Below the pieces are notes generated by a model, which did not search any database, had not been told where the DNA came from, and worked only from the letters and a program-made list of their open reading frames with translations. Below are positions 47,506 to 60,881 of a stretch of 64,000 bases of DNA, one piece after another. Source of the DNA: Ptychomitrium polyphyllum (taxonomy: Eukaryota); NCBI GenBank assembly GCA_973851085.1, contig OZ316776.1, forward strand, positions 15,066,001 through 15,130,000. The letters are read 5' to 3'. The position numbers and the translations under genes are program-made. Within the stretch, counting starts at the first letter, position 1, and every line of letters starts with the position of its first letter.

Positions 47506-50500
47506 ATGGACACTTCGATGTCAGATGTGGCGCTGGACACTTCAACGGCGGATGTTACCATGACAGATGCTACATTGCCTTCTATTACCGTATTGCAGCT
47601 TATCAAGAGCGCGCAAGCACAGCATGGCCTCCGAAATGGAGACTATCAGCGTTACAGGTAGATTTGTTCAGTGGCCAGCTTCTGATTTTGTTTCTTAGTC
47701 TGTATTGCTGTGTAGATACAGATTAGAGTTGGATCTTAATATTGATGAAGCCCTGAAAGCCTAGAATATTTTGCAGGAGGTATTGTACAGCCAGGCTAGC
47801 AAGGCTCTATAAGTCCTTGAACTTCACGCACGGGAAGGGCAAGTATGTGAAGAAGCCGATTACTGAGGCGACTGTGACGAACGTGAGGTCTCTTTCAATC
47901 CTTATTATTATCCAAGTTGCCTGAAAGTTCATAACTCTCTAATTTGGGAAAATGTTTACGTGCGCATTTTATATGGATTACCTTACCATTTCTTCTGTAT
48001 GTAATAAGTGCTCCGACGGAGGCTTTTCATGTCTTCTATTAAAAGTTGAGAGGTCAGCTCCTGTTGATGACGAGTGGTAGTCTATTTTCGCATTAGCAGC
48101 AATTACTCACGTTTATGTTTATGAAGTTCTTGTGATTCTTAGTTTTTTTTATTAATTGTTTTGCACGAAAGCAAGGTAAGATGAGTAAATTATAATTTTG
48201 TTTTGTGTTGCTACAGGTATCTTCATATTGTTCTGTATCTGGCTGAGCGAGCCTGGAGCTATGCTACCGAATTAAAGCAGGCGAATGGTGCATCTTCACG
48301 AAAGCGTATACACTTGATTCGCCGCTTGGCTAAAGCTGCACGTTGGGGGGATCTTTTTTCCCAGCTTTGCACCAGCAAAGCAGATCCTAAAACAGCTCTA
48401 GAGGCAGCTGTGAGTGAACATTTTTATTAGTGAAGTACAAATTTCTGCGATTGTAGCTTTGGTGTTGCATGATCTCTCCTTTCAAATCGTTTGACTTAAT
48501 TGTGCACCTCGATTGTACATGGCATAGCTTACGAGTAATTGAACCAGCTTTCTGATTTAGTCCGTTTTTTGGCTGCTAGGCCTACGCTGCTTATATGAGA
48601 GGCAGTCTCTTACTCGAAAGAGAAGATGATTGGGACAAAGCATTGAGGAATTTCAAGAATGCCAGGTATTACTAGTGTAGCGTGTGAGCATATTTGCAGC
48701 TCTTGCTTAGGCACTTCGTCTATTTTTGTGGTTAGATCTAAGAGAATCTATAATCCGATCATGGCTTGACCGTCGAAGCCGGTTGACGGTTTTGTGTTTA
48801 GATATTATATTTTGATCTCATTCTTTCTTTTCTGATCTGAGTGATAGATATCACAGGTTTGCCTTTGTTTTGTTGGAAAAGCTTCCGCCCCATGAAGTCT
48901 CTGATAGTGCTGAGAGGATTACTAATGCACACTTCGTGCCTCGTCAGGGCTGTTTATGAAGAGCTTGGCAAGTATGGAGATGTGGAGAATCAAGTTTTGT
49001 GTCGGCAACGTGTTGAGGAATTGGATCCCAGCATTCGGTACTGTAAGCACCGAATGGGAGACGTCATTCAAGGCTCTGATCTTCTTGATTTGAGTAACCA
49101 AGATGGTCCTGGACTGGATCTACTCCAGTCAAAACTGCAGGTTTGTTAAGGATGTCGTATGATAGATTTCTTTGGTTAAATTTTTTGACTGGGAAACCTG
49201 TAGATCTGCACATCTTTAGCAGAAATTTCAGAATGGGATGCCTTAATCCTAGTCAGGGTCAGACAGTTCTCATTTCCACAGATTAGAGTAATAAAAAATC
49301 TATCTATCACTTTGATACTCATGTTTTCACTGGGCTGTTTGACCAAGTTTGAAAATCGTCTGTGACCTATTGTCACAAGTAGAGAGATACACCTTCCATA
49401 AACATATAATCTGTTCCTAAATTGTACAATTGATTGATTTACAGGTGGTGATTGAAGAGGCACGGTTAAAACAGGCAGTTACTGTAACCGAACTTGAGTG
49501 GCTAGGCACTAAGTTGCCTGTCAATAATGAAAAGACACGCATGTGTGTTGTGAAAGGTAACAAAATGTGATAACGATAACATTTGTGTGCCAACCTGTCT
49601 CTAACGTTTCGATGATAGTGGGTCTTAGGCGGTTTCGGAAAATGGTGTTAACACCAATAATCAGAACTAAAAATCTTAAAGATGTGAACGGTGTTCCTCA
49701 ATAATGGTACTTAGCAGCTTAACGCGCTGGTTTGTCTTAAAATCCTTGGTCAATTTATCATTCTTAAATGAGAAAGTGTCGGCTGAGATATTTGATGTGG
49801 CTTCTACTTGTCCATCTGAGAAATTGATCCTAAGAGTTGGTTTGTTTGTGGATTGAACAGGACAGGAGCTGGAAAAAGATGCGAAGGAATTGTCATCAGA
49901 CTTACTTACTACGGAAAAAGTGCTTGCGATCTATGATAAAATTTTTATTGCATACCAAGACGCTAAGAGGCACATTCGTGATGATCTGGTTGGTAGTTTC
50001 ACCTCATCACACTATTAATGACTTGCAGATTGTTTGCATGTTCACATGTTTATATCTATTTAAAGTAGGAGGAACAATGACATCCTTCTAATTATTGTTC
50101 TATTAGATTACCTGTAGCCATATAATGTTTTTTAGGCTGCTGCATTAACCAAACTGTTGTTACTCCTCTTCAGTTCTCTTCACACGGGAAGTAATGGTCA
50201 GGTTCCATTTTAGTTGTTTTTTAAGTGCATCTGTATTTCAAAGAATATTTATCTGTAATTGGGTGTTACTGACAATTCTCTACCTTCTTAGTCTTAATTG
50301 TAATTCCATTGTAATTTGACATTGCTCGTCTTGTCAGGAGCGAGCAGTGAGCACAGATGATGTCAAAGAGGAACTCACTCTTCTGGACAAAGCAGTGAGC
50401 AGCATCCTTCTTCAAAGGACAATAGAACGAAATTTAGTTCTCGTGTCTGGAGCTAAAGCACGCCTGACACGACAGCAGCAAGGATTGCGTGAAGAAAGAG

Positions 50501-52240
50501 GCGAGAAGCCTGCGAAGCCAGAAGATCTAGTGCGCTTGTATGATATTCTCATTCAGGTGAACATGTTCAAAGAATCCACTGTAGATTTTAGTTGTTCGAG
50601 CTCTCTTGAACGAAATGTGCAGATCACGTTTGAACATCTATTGACCCGTGAATCTGTGCTTAGAGTTTGTGATTGGCAATTTGTATAATGGTCAGGATCA
50701 TGTAATGAAGAATGATGTGTCATGGTCACCTTCTCATGAAGATATGTTTCCTTTTCTGAGCAGAATGTTTCAGATCTTATAGATCTGACTACGTCAGCTA
50801 GGGAACAAAAAGCAAGTGAGGTTGCTTTTGCCAAGGAACTTGAAGTTAGACGAGAAGCTTTTCAAACAGGGAGGTAATATAAAGCTAGTTCCTGTGACGT
50901 CACATGAAAGTAGTTGGGTCCAACCTGCTATACGTGTTGGAGAGTTCCTGATGTACTATACTAATCTAAGCCATTTCCCTCACGTTTAACTGAAAATCAT
51001 TCATATTATACTTGTTATATTTTTGGCTCTTTTCTGTTTGGCGTCAAATCAGATTTTTGTATGTTTGGTGCCCTGTAAGAGAATCGCCTGTTGGTGCTCG
51101 GGACGACTATTGTCATATACGTTATTATTCATCGAGTAGTTTTTGTTATCATTTTTAGCTAGTAGGTCTTGCAATCGTCAGTTAGACAGTTGTGAGGAGG
51201 AGAATCTCACAGTTGAGAACGTTTTATTCTAATCTAGCCTTGAAATCAAATAATGGTTGCAGGTGCTTTTATTTGGCTCAATCCTACAGCGTTGCATCCA
51301 AGTTCCCTGAGGCCTACGTACTTTTCAAGCGTTCTGAACAACGTGCTGACTCAACTTCCAAGAAGCTTTCTTTTGACAAGGTACTGCATTGGTAGGCTGC
51401 ATTCTGGAGTCGTGGACTAAGAAGGACGGAATCTCTGATATTGCAACCATTAACCCGATCAGATTGTGTTGTTGCATATGGCTTCATGTATAATTGTGCT
51501 TAATATTTTCGTTAGCTCTTTATGTTCCTCAATCTTGGAGATTCTCACTTTTCAAAATGCTGTGAAGTCGTGTTTTCACAGTAGAATCTGAGTATGATGG
51601 GCTGAGGTCCGTGCTTAACTCATACTTGGGAAGCAGGATCTAAGACAAGAAGTTGAGCAGTTGAGAGAAAGAAGTCGAGGAGAGGCATCTTTGGCACATG
51701 CTCGGGCAGTGGCTGATGACTCCAAGGTCCACGAGTCATTACAGAAGGGCGTGGCGACGATGAAGTTGAAGGAGCAATCTCAATCCTCAAAGGTAATCCC
51801 CTCGCACCAATTTTCATCTCTCATCTTGCCTGAAATTGTTTCTCTTGCGAATGTGTCCTATATGTGATGCTTCTTGCTTGGGTTTCTGGAGGTGATACCT
51901 CAAGCCTTTGTTTTCTCTCTAGCCACGTGCTGGGCATAAGTTGTTGGCGATACTCTTCTATTTAGTATGACGAGATTTGTGTATTTGTGTCCATATTCAG
52001 GAGACGCGATTTTTGGTGGACAACCTGGAGACGTACGAAGCATTTGTAGGTGCTGCAGGGTCAAAAGAACCCGCAAGGATAGCGCAGATTCCACCACCCT
52101 TCCAGTCGGTTCCATGTCGGCCCATTGTATTGGACACGGCACTGACTACACTAGAGTTTCCTTCTTTTCAAGGGCGGTTGAAGAAGAAGATCGAAAAGAA
52201 GAGCTCGTCGTTCTTCGGATTGTGGAATCGCAAGAATTGA
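47506..52240 (+). CDS. SRP68: Signal recognition particle subunit SRP68 (12 coding exons)
   Basis: Motifs QAQHGLRNGDYQRYRRYCTARL, LYLAERAWS, LIRRLAKA, EELDPSIRYC, PEDLVRLYD and IPPPFQSVPCRPIVLD. GT-AG exons: 47506-47657, 47777-47887, 48217-48409, 48580-48665, 48948-49140, 49445-49556, 49861-49988, 50338-50556, 50764-50873, 51263-51380, 51637-51792, 52001-52240. Confidence 0.95.
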
Positions 52241-52604
52241 TAGACATGTCAAAGTAGCTTTGTGATATGATACCGTTTCTAATCAAATTTCAATTTTGGT
52301 TCTGAATTTTAATAAAATGAAATTAAAAATATTCTTTTGATGACCTAAAGGAACACCATTGTATTATATAGCACGATGTCAAAGCAAGTTTTCTCCCAAT
52401 AGTATCTACGTGTATACTTAGCATAGCCTTTATTGTGAGAAATTAATTTCTCACTTTTACATTTAAAATAGACATAATCGATGAAACAAACACTGTTGGA
52501 TCTACTTTCAAAAGAACAAAAGAACAAATCACTGAAGTTTTTCAGGTGGTGGAATGTTGTAACACTGCTGCATTGAAAATATTACAACAACTTACAATGA
52601 TGAC

Positions 52605-52664
52605 TTACTATTGGTGCCATTTACTATTGGTGCCATTTACTATTGGTGGCATTTACTATTGGTG
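52605..52664. repeat. 16-bp minisatellite, about 4 copies
   Basis: ttactattggtgccat-like units at 52605, 52621, 52637 and 52653. Confidence 0.9.
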
Positions 52665-55596
52665 ATATTATTACAACAATTTAACATTGAGCTAAATATT
52701 TAGAACTCGATATCTAAATCTAACTTGATCTTTATTAATGTATGAAGGTGATGTATCAAAGTCATTTAAAAATGTGAATATAATATGTTTTATGAAAATG
52801 GTGTAAAATGGTGTAAAATGTCAAGAAATTAGTAAGGAAAAAATTAAATATCTTTACAATATTTATTATAGAATATTCTTGATTTTAATTCTAAAAAGCC
52901 CAATCATGAAATTTTACATAATGTCATTCATTCAAATGTATATCTTCTTATTTCTTTAAGCCCTTTCATTCATTTTATTAGACCGATAAATTATTAAATA
53001 TGTTTTGAATTATGATGTATTTTGTGACTTTATTTTGGAATTTCCAATTTCAATAACCTCAAGTTATATAAAAAATTAGTCAAAAGTTGGAATTTTAATG
53101 ATTCAAAAGTTTAGTTTTTTTAATGTTAAAAATATTGATTTCAACCAAACAAAATACAATGTGTTGCTGCCATTGTTACTAACCATAACATAAAAATGCT
53201 TTTACAATAATTCTAGTATTAAAATAGAATGTAAGTTGTATTAATTGAAAAGTTTTTGTAATAATTGTGTTAATGTGAATCTAATCCATAATAATATTTT
53301 AAGTATTGAAATAAGTTACAGTAAATAGCATGACATTGATAAATCAACCCAATAACAACTTTTAGTACCATTTTTGGTTTGCTTAGGACCATATTACACA
53401 CCAAACTTTTCCAAAAATTGAATTAAATTAAGAATTCAAGTTTAAAATACAACAATTGTGAATCAATAACTTGAACCAATAATAATTAAAGTATTTTATT
53501 GCAAATTTAAAGTGGTAGTACAAACAAAGTAAAAAACTTCTTTGGTAGAACAATTAAAACCATAAAGAATGTAGTTTATTTTGTTTTAATTTTATAAATA
53601 TTGAAATCATTGCAATTTTCAAAGTAAAAAGTTAATTTTACTTTTTAACCAATTTATACGTAAATTGGCCTTGAACTGATAAAAGAAATGTCTACAAATC
53701 TATGCTTATTGCTCTTTATCATAATCCAAAATAACCAAAATACAAGAAATTAATCAACTAATTATAGATTCTAAGAAATTATTTAAGTTCTTTATATGTA
53801 GTTTTAGAATCTATAACTTAATCTTGAGGTACTCTTTATTTTGAAAGATTCTACCTTAACTAATAACTTATGTCTCTCATCTAAAATAGATGAGATGTTC
53901 TAAGATCCTATCCATTAACAAAAAGGAAGAATCCAACCGCCTTTATGCTTAACTAAATCAACTATATAAAGTGAATTATTTTGTATGTTGACCTTCCTTA
54001 GAGGCCTTCCAATAAAAATACTATCTATAGAAAAATCCAAACATTCAAGGCAAAGTCTTCACTCCAGCACTGGAGGTGAAAGCTTCAGTGTGCACAGCTT
54101 TGACCCGGTCAAGCCTTGCGCATATGAAGAGTGCCATGTGGCGGAGCCTGAGCACCCCACTGCGCTCCTTCATCCATCTCCGCGGTGTTGATAAGGCCCA
54201 GAATGGATGAACCGAGGATGGATGATGCCCACATCCACACAAATCAGGCGCCGCCACTGTGACACGTCACCCGATCACAGTTGCCGCAAGCGATGGCGAC
54301 GACAGTCTAGGCGGAGTGTGTTTGCGATCTAGATTTCGCCGATCGCCATTGCTACTCCGTGGTGGCATCGCTCAGGTTCATGAATCTGGATCCGTCGCTG
54401 CTCCTCTCACAACCAAGTCTGCACCCAGTTGCACGGAAAAACTGCCTCTTTGGCGGTGTCGACTAGTTCCGATGCTGTGGGAACTGTCGTTGCGCAAGTT
54501 CACTCCAGTTGGGTGCACTTCTAGGGAGCTTTCCAGCTTCGGAGACTGTAAGTTTTCATTCGAAGTTATGAATGGATGTCTGGAGCTTTTGGATGTTTTC
54601 GTGTCACCTGGTCAGATTTCGTTATGAGGTGTATCAGTGGTTCAGTTTTGCGCTTGTGGGTGCCCTCATTGAGCTGAAAGCTTTGAGCTTTGGAGGTTTT
54701 GGAGCTTTCTGAGGTTGTGAAATTCTCTGAGGTTATAAGATTTTGGAGCTTTAGAGGTTTTCTTTTTTTCAAATTTCGATGTGAGTTGAGTGAATCTGTT
54801 GGATTTGGTATTTTTTTGGGCTGATTCAATGATCCAACGATTCTTAGCATGTGGGTACAAGCTTTGAGCTGGAAGTGAGTTGAGTTAGAGTGAGTTTTTG
54901 GGAGTTTCAAGCTTTCGGAGATTGTGAGTTGTTTTCTTAGGTTTCAGAGATTTGCAGCTTTCACAATGGCCACAACTGAGTTCCAATCATAAATCTTAGA
55001 GTTCGGCTGTTTCAGTGATCCAGTTCTTTCTCTGACGGTTCAATTCGTGACTTTTCTCGAGCTCATTCGAGTTTGCGAAATTTACCAGGTTTTGCGGATT
55101 GCGAGTTCATTCTTAGACTTGAATATTTTGTATCTTTTGAATGTTTTCGTCTTAGTGCTGAATGTCAGTGGTCCAAATCTTAGCTTGTGGGTTCAATCCT
55201 TATACTGTGCATTTTCGGGTACCTTTCAGAAATTGTAAATTTCTTCTATAGTGCAAACATTTGCGCCTTTTGAATGTTTCCGTCTCTGGAAGTGAATTAA
55301 GAGGGTCTGTTGATTTTAAGTTTACTTTTTTGAGCATGCGGTTACTGGAATTCCAGTGAGAGTGGTAGGTCACTGAAATGAACTCGAAGATTTGAATAGT
55401 TTGTTGAGGAAGTCTGATGAATTGCACATTGTTATTGGAATAGAGATCAGATTGGAGGATCGTGGCATTCTCTTCTTCAATCTCTGGGTTGATAGATTTC
55501 ACTTCCGTGAGCTGCAGGGTCCTCGATTGAAGCTCAGGCTATGGTTGGCAAGAATTTGACTCACATCGCGGACTGAGTTTGCTTGCATCTTGCGCG

Positions 55597-58500
55597 ATGC
55601 TGGGGCATGTGCCTGTGGGATACCAGGCGAGCCGCTATTTCCAACACAATGTGCCTACCAAGCTGAGTCCTCTGTCGTCGCCCTCGCCTGTAGAACTCCA
55701 AAACTCAAATAGACTCGACGGACACCCTCTTCGGTCTGGAACTAAATTGACGAAGTGTGATCGATATCAGCTGCAGTCACCGATTGTCACCATGGCGGCA
55801 TCGCCTGCTTCGATACAAACGGCTAACCCCGCCGGTGCAACTTCTTCATCTGTAAGCCCTTTCCCATGAGTACTCATCTGTATCAAATTTTTGGAGAATC
55901 TTTGGCTGGAATTTGAGCATCATGTGAAGGATTCAACCCCTCCGACGCTGATGATCTGTTCTAGTTTCGTACTCTGAAATCCCAAAACCCTACTTTTGTA
56001 CAGTGCTCTTGGCTCTAAATCCACGGAGTTCTCTAAAAGGTTGCTTCGGATATGTTTAGAACTAGTAGGAGTCTTGACCTTAGATGTTGCGATGCGTTGG
56101 TAGTAGAAGTCACTAGGAGAAGTGGTGGTGGTGGGAGCTGGACCAGCAGGATGTTTGCTGGCGCACTATCTTCTCCGGCGAGGTTTCTCAGTGCATTTGG
56201 TTGATAAACGTTCTGGCGCCTCTCCTCTGCAGCCTGGTATGTGAACTATTTTTCATATTTCTGAAACAGAATCCAAGCGTATAAGCTGTTTGGGGATATA
56301 GTTAGGAAATCCAAACTATTTGTTATCATCTTTTTACAGGATGTTAGTGTACTGTTTACTTCACACTTTGATAGGATAGTACTCTGTTGGACTTGATTCA
56401 ACTTCACGAATTGGTTTTTTCATTACACACAATATTTATCTACCTGTTGATGACAACCGATGGACTGCGAAGTGGTTTGGTATACACGGGTTGTTAATGA
56501 TTCAGCTTTCGATTTTACTAAATTGGACTGGAGATTGTGTTGCTGGAAGTTGAATTTTGTCAAAGTAAGTAGTTGGTGTTCTGTGTCTATGTCAAGAGGA
56601 CGTTGTGAAGAAAATTTACTTTGAAGTTGGTTTGAGCACTGGCAGAGGGAAACGGGAGCGAGAAACAAGTGTATGTTCGGGGGGATTCACGGTCCTACAC
56701 CATCTTGCTTACTTCCCGAGCTATCAAGGCCTTCGAAGGTGCAGGATTAGAGATACCTCCGAATTTTCTCAACCAGCTCGTGGGCAGCTGCGTCCACTTA
56801 CCAAATGGGAAAAAGGTGACCAATGATCTGGGGCTAACACAGCATCCTAAACCTATTAGCAGTGTCTTCCACTTTCAGTAATGCCTGCTGGTTGTATTTG
56901 TTATGCAACGATTTTATAGCTCTGCTTGCAAATATAGTCTCTGGAAAAACTTGAGTTGGTTGCAACATTTTGGCACTAATGAAGTATTAGCACTGCGTTG
57001 TTAATGGTATTTTATCTTGGCCTTTTACCACTGTATTTCTGTTTCATGTAAGATGTCAAGCGGCAACTAGTATTGTGGAAATACATGGCTTACAGGGTGA
57101 CTTGGAATGCAGAGAAAGTTTAACTATTCCAACGAGCCGGGGCTACTGAGTTTTGGTGTTAGCCGGAATGCGCTGGTAGCATGGTTGCAACAATCTCTCC
57201 AAGAGAGGTAGAAATGCACCTTGTTTTTGGCATTTTACTTTGACTTCAATCTTCCCGGCTAGAGTTCTGATATTGATTTCTTCTTGTTCTTAATATTTTT
57301 AATGTATTTTAATGCAACACTTGAATTTAAATGCATGCTCGAAGCATCTGTTTATCCAAATCTTTCTTGTTGCTTGCATGGCTTTTCGTTTAACTTTTCC
57401 TTTCTAATGCCTATTGTGCTACTACAGGTATCCAGACTTGAAGACTTACTTCGAGTACGAACTTAAATCAGTCGACACAACTACAAATACAGCCTCATTC
57501 AGGCTTAGCTCAAAGGATTTCTTCTCACCAAAGCCGGAGTTGGTGGAAGTAAAGTATGACCTGTTAGTGGGTGCGGATGGCATCAACAGTGCTGTTCGAT
57601 CAGAGATGATTCAGTTGGACAGTTCTGGAACATCCTCTCACAAAAAGTACGAAAAGCGCAAGGCACCTGAGATTGGTTTTCTTGAAATTATTTGTCGACT
57701 AGCATGTTCATGAGCATTTATGTGAACCTTTTCATTCTTGTGTTCCACCTCAGAAAATCCCAGCCGCTGACTCTGGATTACAAACCGAGCGGGGATGCAT
57801 ACAAGTCTTTCCATGTAAGGCCAGAGTTGGCAAAGAAGTCTCCTCTTTACGAAGATCAAAACCGAGTTCAGTCATGGCCTGCAATCAATATCCTCATAAC
57901 AGGAATGGCTGACGGCAGTTTATGGGGTGGTACCAAGAACAAGCAGCTCCTGGAGGCGTCTTCTGCACACGAGGTAGAAATTCTCTTCAGGTCAGTAAAA
58001 GATTTCAAGCACTGTTTATATGGAAGTCCTTGCTAAACATCCTACCATCTAAGTCAAGACTCTATGTTCATACACTCAATGTGGAGGTCACAAATACCAT
58101 TTTAGAATATCCAGTCTTTGTGTAGCTCTGGCCCAGTTGTTGCCACATTGTAGGTCTGCAGCTAGTTGATGATGGGAGTTGGTGGTGGATAAGGGGGAAT
58201 GCACCAGAAATATTCGATTTGCTTGTGGAGGAGAATCCCAACTTCTGTGAAGACTTCCTAAGGCAGCCAGCAATTTCATTTGGTGGGGCTGTCATCCTCT
58301 CACGGTTTCACCATGGGAACAGCCTTGTCGTTGGTGATGCTGCACACGCCATGGTGAGTACCGAATTGAGTAATGAACTGTTGCCTAAAATAGCTGATTT
58401 AGGGGGTTGTCATTGAATCACAGTGTCTTGACAGCACAAATGACAATGTTGGTGGCAGCTTTTTGCAATTTGCTTTGCCTTGCTTTGCTTTGCTTTTCTT

Positions 58501-59753
58501 CAAGAAGTGCGAGTGGTAGGTATTGTGTTTAACTCAATCACTTTGGAAAGTGGAGTGACTTTAGCTCACACCGTTTATTTCTACTTCAGTTTCCATCATA
58601 TGGCACGGGGTGCAACGCCGCACTTGAAGACTGTCTACTATTGGACCAAATTCTTGAAGAATCCATTTACGGTGCACATTCGATGCTATTTGCTACATGA
58701 CGTCGTTGTTGTCGATTTAATGAATGATTCATCTTAAACATCTTTCTGGTAGGCTTCTGAGAATGCAATCTGCTTGGCAGGGGACGAAGTTGACATAGAT
58801 TTCGAGAAAGTAGCAATGGAGTTTTCTAAACGACGGATAGAAGATGCTCATGCCATTGTTAGGATGAATACTACTCAAGAGCTCTTTCCTCGCGGATTTT
58901 TTGGCCTCTTACAAGTGATGCTGCTTACTTCCCTCCGCAAACTGGCACCCAATTTTTTCAGACCGTGAGTTAAACTCTCCTGTTCTATAAAATCTTACAC
59001 AAACCCTTCTGCTCTTATTTAGTTTGTATTCTGCCTTGCATAGACTATGAGCTAATGTTGTCGCCTTGTCTTGTCATCCTTCTGACTATTATCGAAGGTA
59101 GCAAAATCTAGAACCTGGGAACAAATAGCAGGCTTGACTACGGTCTGAGACACATGTATCTAGCTTTTGATAAAGTCTCTTAGACTGAAAAGAAGTACTC
59201 CAGGGCCCACTTTGAGCAAAATGAGGGATGAGTTCCGAAGTAGAAACCAAAAGGAAGAACATAAACAAAGACGCATCAAAATCCTCTTAGACCCGAATTA
59301 GTTTTTCACATTAGTTTCACCCCCAGTTTCATTTTTGAGAAGGAAAAGAATCTCCTTGGTTCAATCTGACGAGTGGTACCTACTTCGGTGACTACTTGAG
59401 TCATGCCCACTCCAGCTCACTTTCTGTTTTTACTCACGCGAATGACGAAACACAAGATACGTAGAGAACCAAACTACGGCCAAACGAGGGAGAGCTTCGT
59501 GTCTTTGGAATTATGATTCTTTGGAAGACTTATCAGATAGTAGGCTAACATTTTCTATTTTGTTGAATGTTTTAACAGAATCGCATACCAGCAACTGTGG
59601 TCAGATACCCCATTTCGACAAATTGAACTGCAGAAGCGCGCCGAGGATACATTGTTTTATGGCCTTCTCGGTGTACTTGCGCTATTGGTGGTCGCAGCTC
59701 TTTTTTTTGCATTTGGCATTCAGCCCAAATTTAAGTTCAACCTAGGCTCATAA
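55597..59753 (+). CDS. Group A FAD-dependent monooxygenase, kynurenine 3-monooxygenase-like (multi-exon)
   Basis: VVVVGAGPAG (~56122-56151), RSYTILLTSRAIKAF, LLVGADGINSAVR and VVGDAAHAM|FPSYGTGCNAALEDC. S/T/P-rich N-terminal extension and hydrophobic C-terminal tail; stop TAA at 59751. The start codon and some exon borders are approximate. Confidence 0.85.
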
Positions 59754-60344
59754 TCTCAAACTCTAATTATTTTTCTCTATTTGGCTCCAAAGTCTAAACC
59801 TAGCCTAAGAATCTTCCTAACGGCTTATGGTATTATACGTTCAAACGATGTAAATTGCACAAAAAATCAAATACATGTTCTTTTTGCTGTATTGACACTG
59901 GTGACTAACTGTACCTTGGTTATTGTTTGGTGAGTTGAAAATGCTTTTTAAAGTCAAATTCTCTCAAACTTCTGTGTCATAGCTTCACATCTCCGTGTTC
60001 CAGTTTCTATTATTACTTAACTTGAACAGCGCTGCGGACCTATACCTTCGGCCAGGAACCACGGTATAGTAATACTGGTCAGAAGGTGGTGTATGAAATT
60101 TGCAAGGAACCGTACACTGTGTCATAAATATCAACATGCTGCTAAACTCATCAAGGTATCCTTATCACAACATTCTTTAGCCGCATGACCTGCACCGTTG
60201 CACCATTGCTACATAGAGTATTTGAAGCCAGACGGCTCAGATACTTTCCTCTACATAATGGATAGCAAAGAAGTTTCACTCGGAGAAGTGGAGTGTTGTT
60301 GTAGTACTGTTCATCACGGTGCAGGTCACCAGCCAAAGAATGTT

Positions 60345-60351
60345 ACGTGGC
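60345..60351 (+). promoter_or_regulatory. ABRE-like ACGTGGC upstream of the GRAM gene; CE3-like ACGCGTGG on the minus strand at 60640-60647
   Basis: Motif match only. Confidence 0.3.
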
Positions 60352-60881
60352 GGAATCGTCTCTGGAGTTGCTGAAAAACACGGTTCAGTTGAGTTTGCGA
60401 AGTATATAAGATCCATCCTAACAGGCTATCCTTGGTACAACGCAGTGTTTAAAGATGAGAGGTTCTCGGGCAAACTTCTGAAGAGGAGAAAGGCGTCATG
60501 AGACGATGCCGAAGTTTGACCACTTCAAACACCGCATCTCGTCAGAAACGAACCTACAAGGAAGGCGCTTGTCGGCAACCTGTGGCAGCGTGACAGACCG
60601 ACCACCTGGCCCCTTCCATTCCATTCCTCCACCAACCCTCCACGCGTAACAAGCCCTAGAAACACCTCCCCAATGGACTGCCCATAACATATACTGCTAC
60701 GTCCCACACACCCGAACACATACTCCACTCCTGTCCCCTTGAATCCCTACTGGCGCTCTCTCCCCTATTTCGCAAAACCACCACCTTTCATATCATAGCT
60801 TAGCACTCACAACCTACAATCTCAGATTCGAGTGCTCATCAGATTCAAGTGTTTTAGGACAGTGAGGAGTTTGCAAACATC

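Noticed and set aside
53985..55502. Short ORFs upstream of the monooxygenase
   Set aside because: No motifs. The composition fits a promoter, 5'-UTR exon and first intron.
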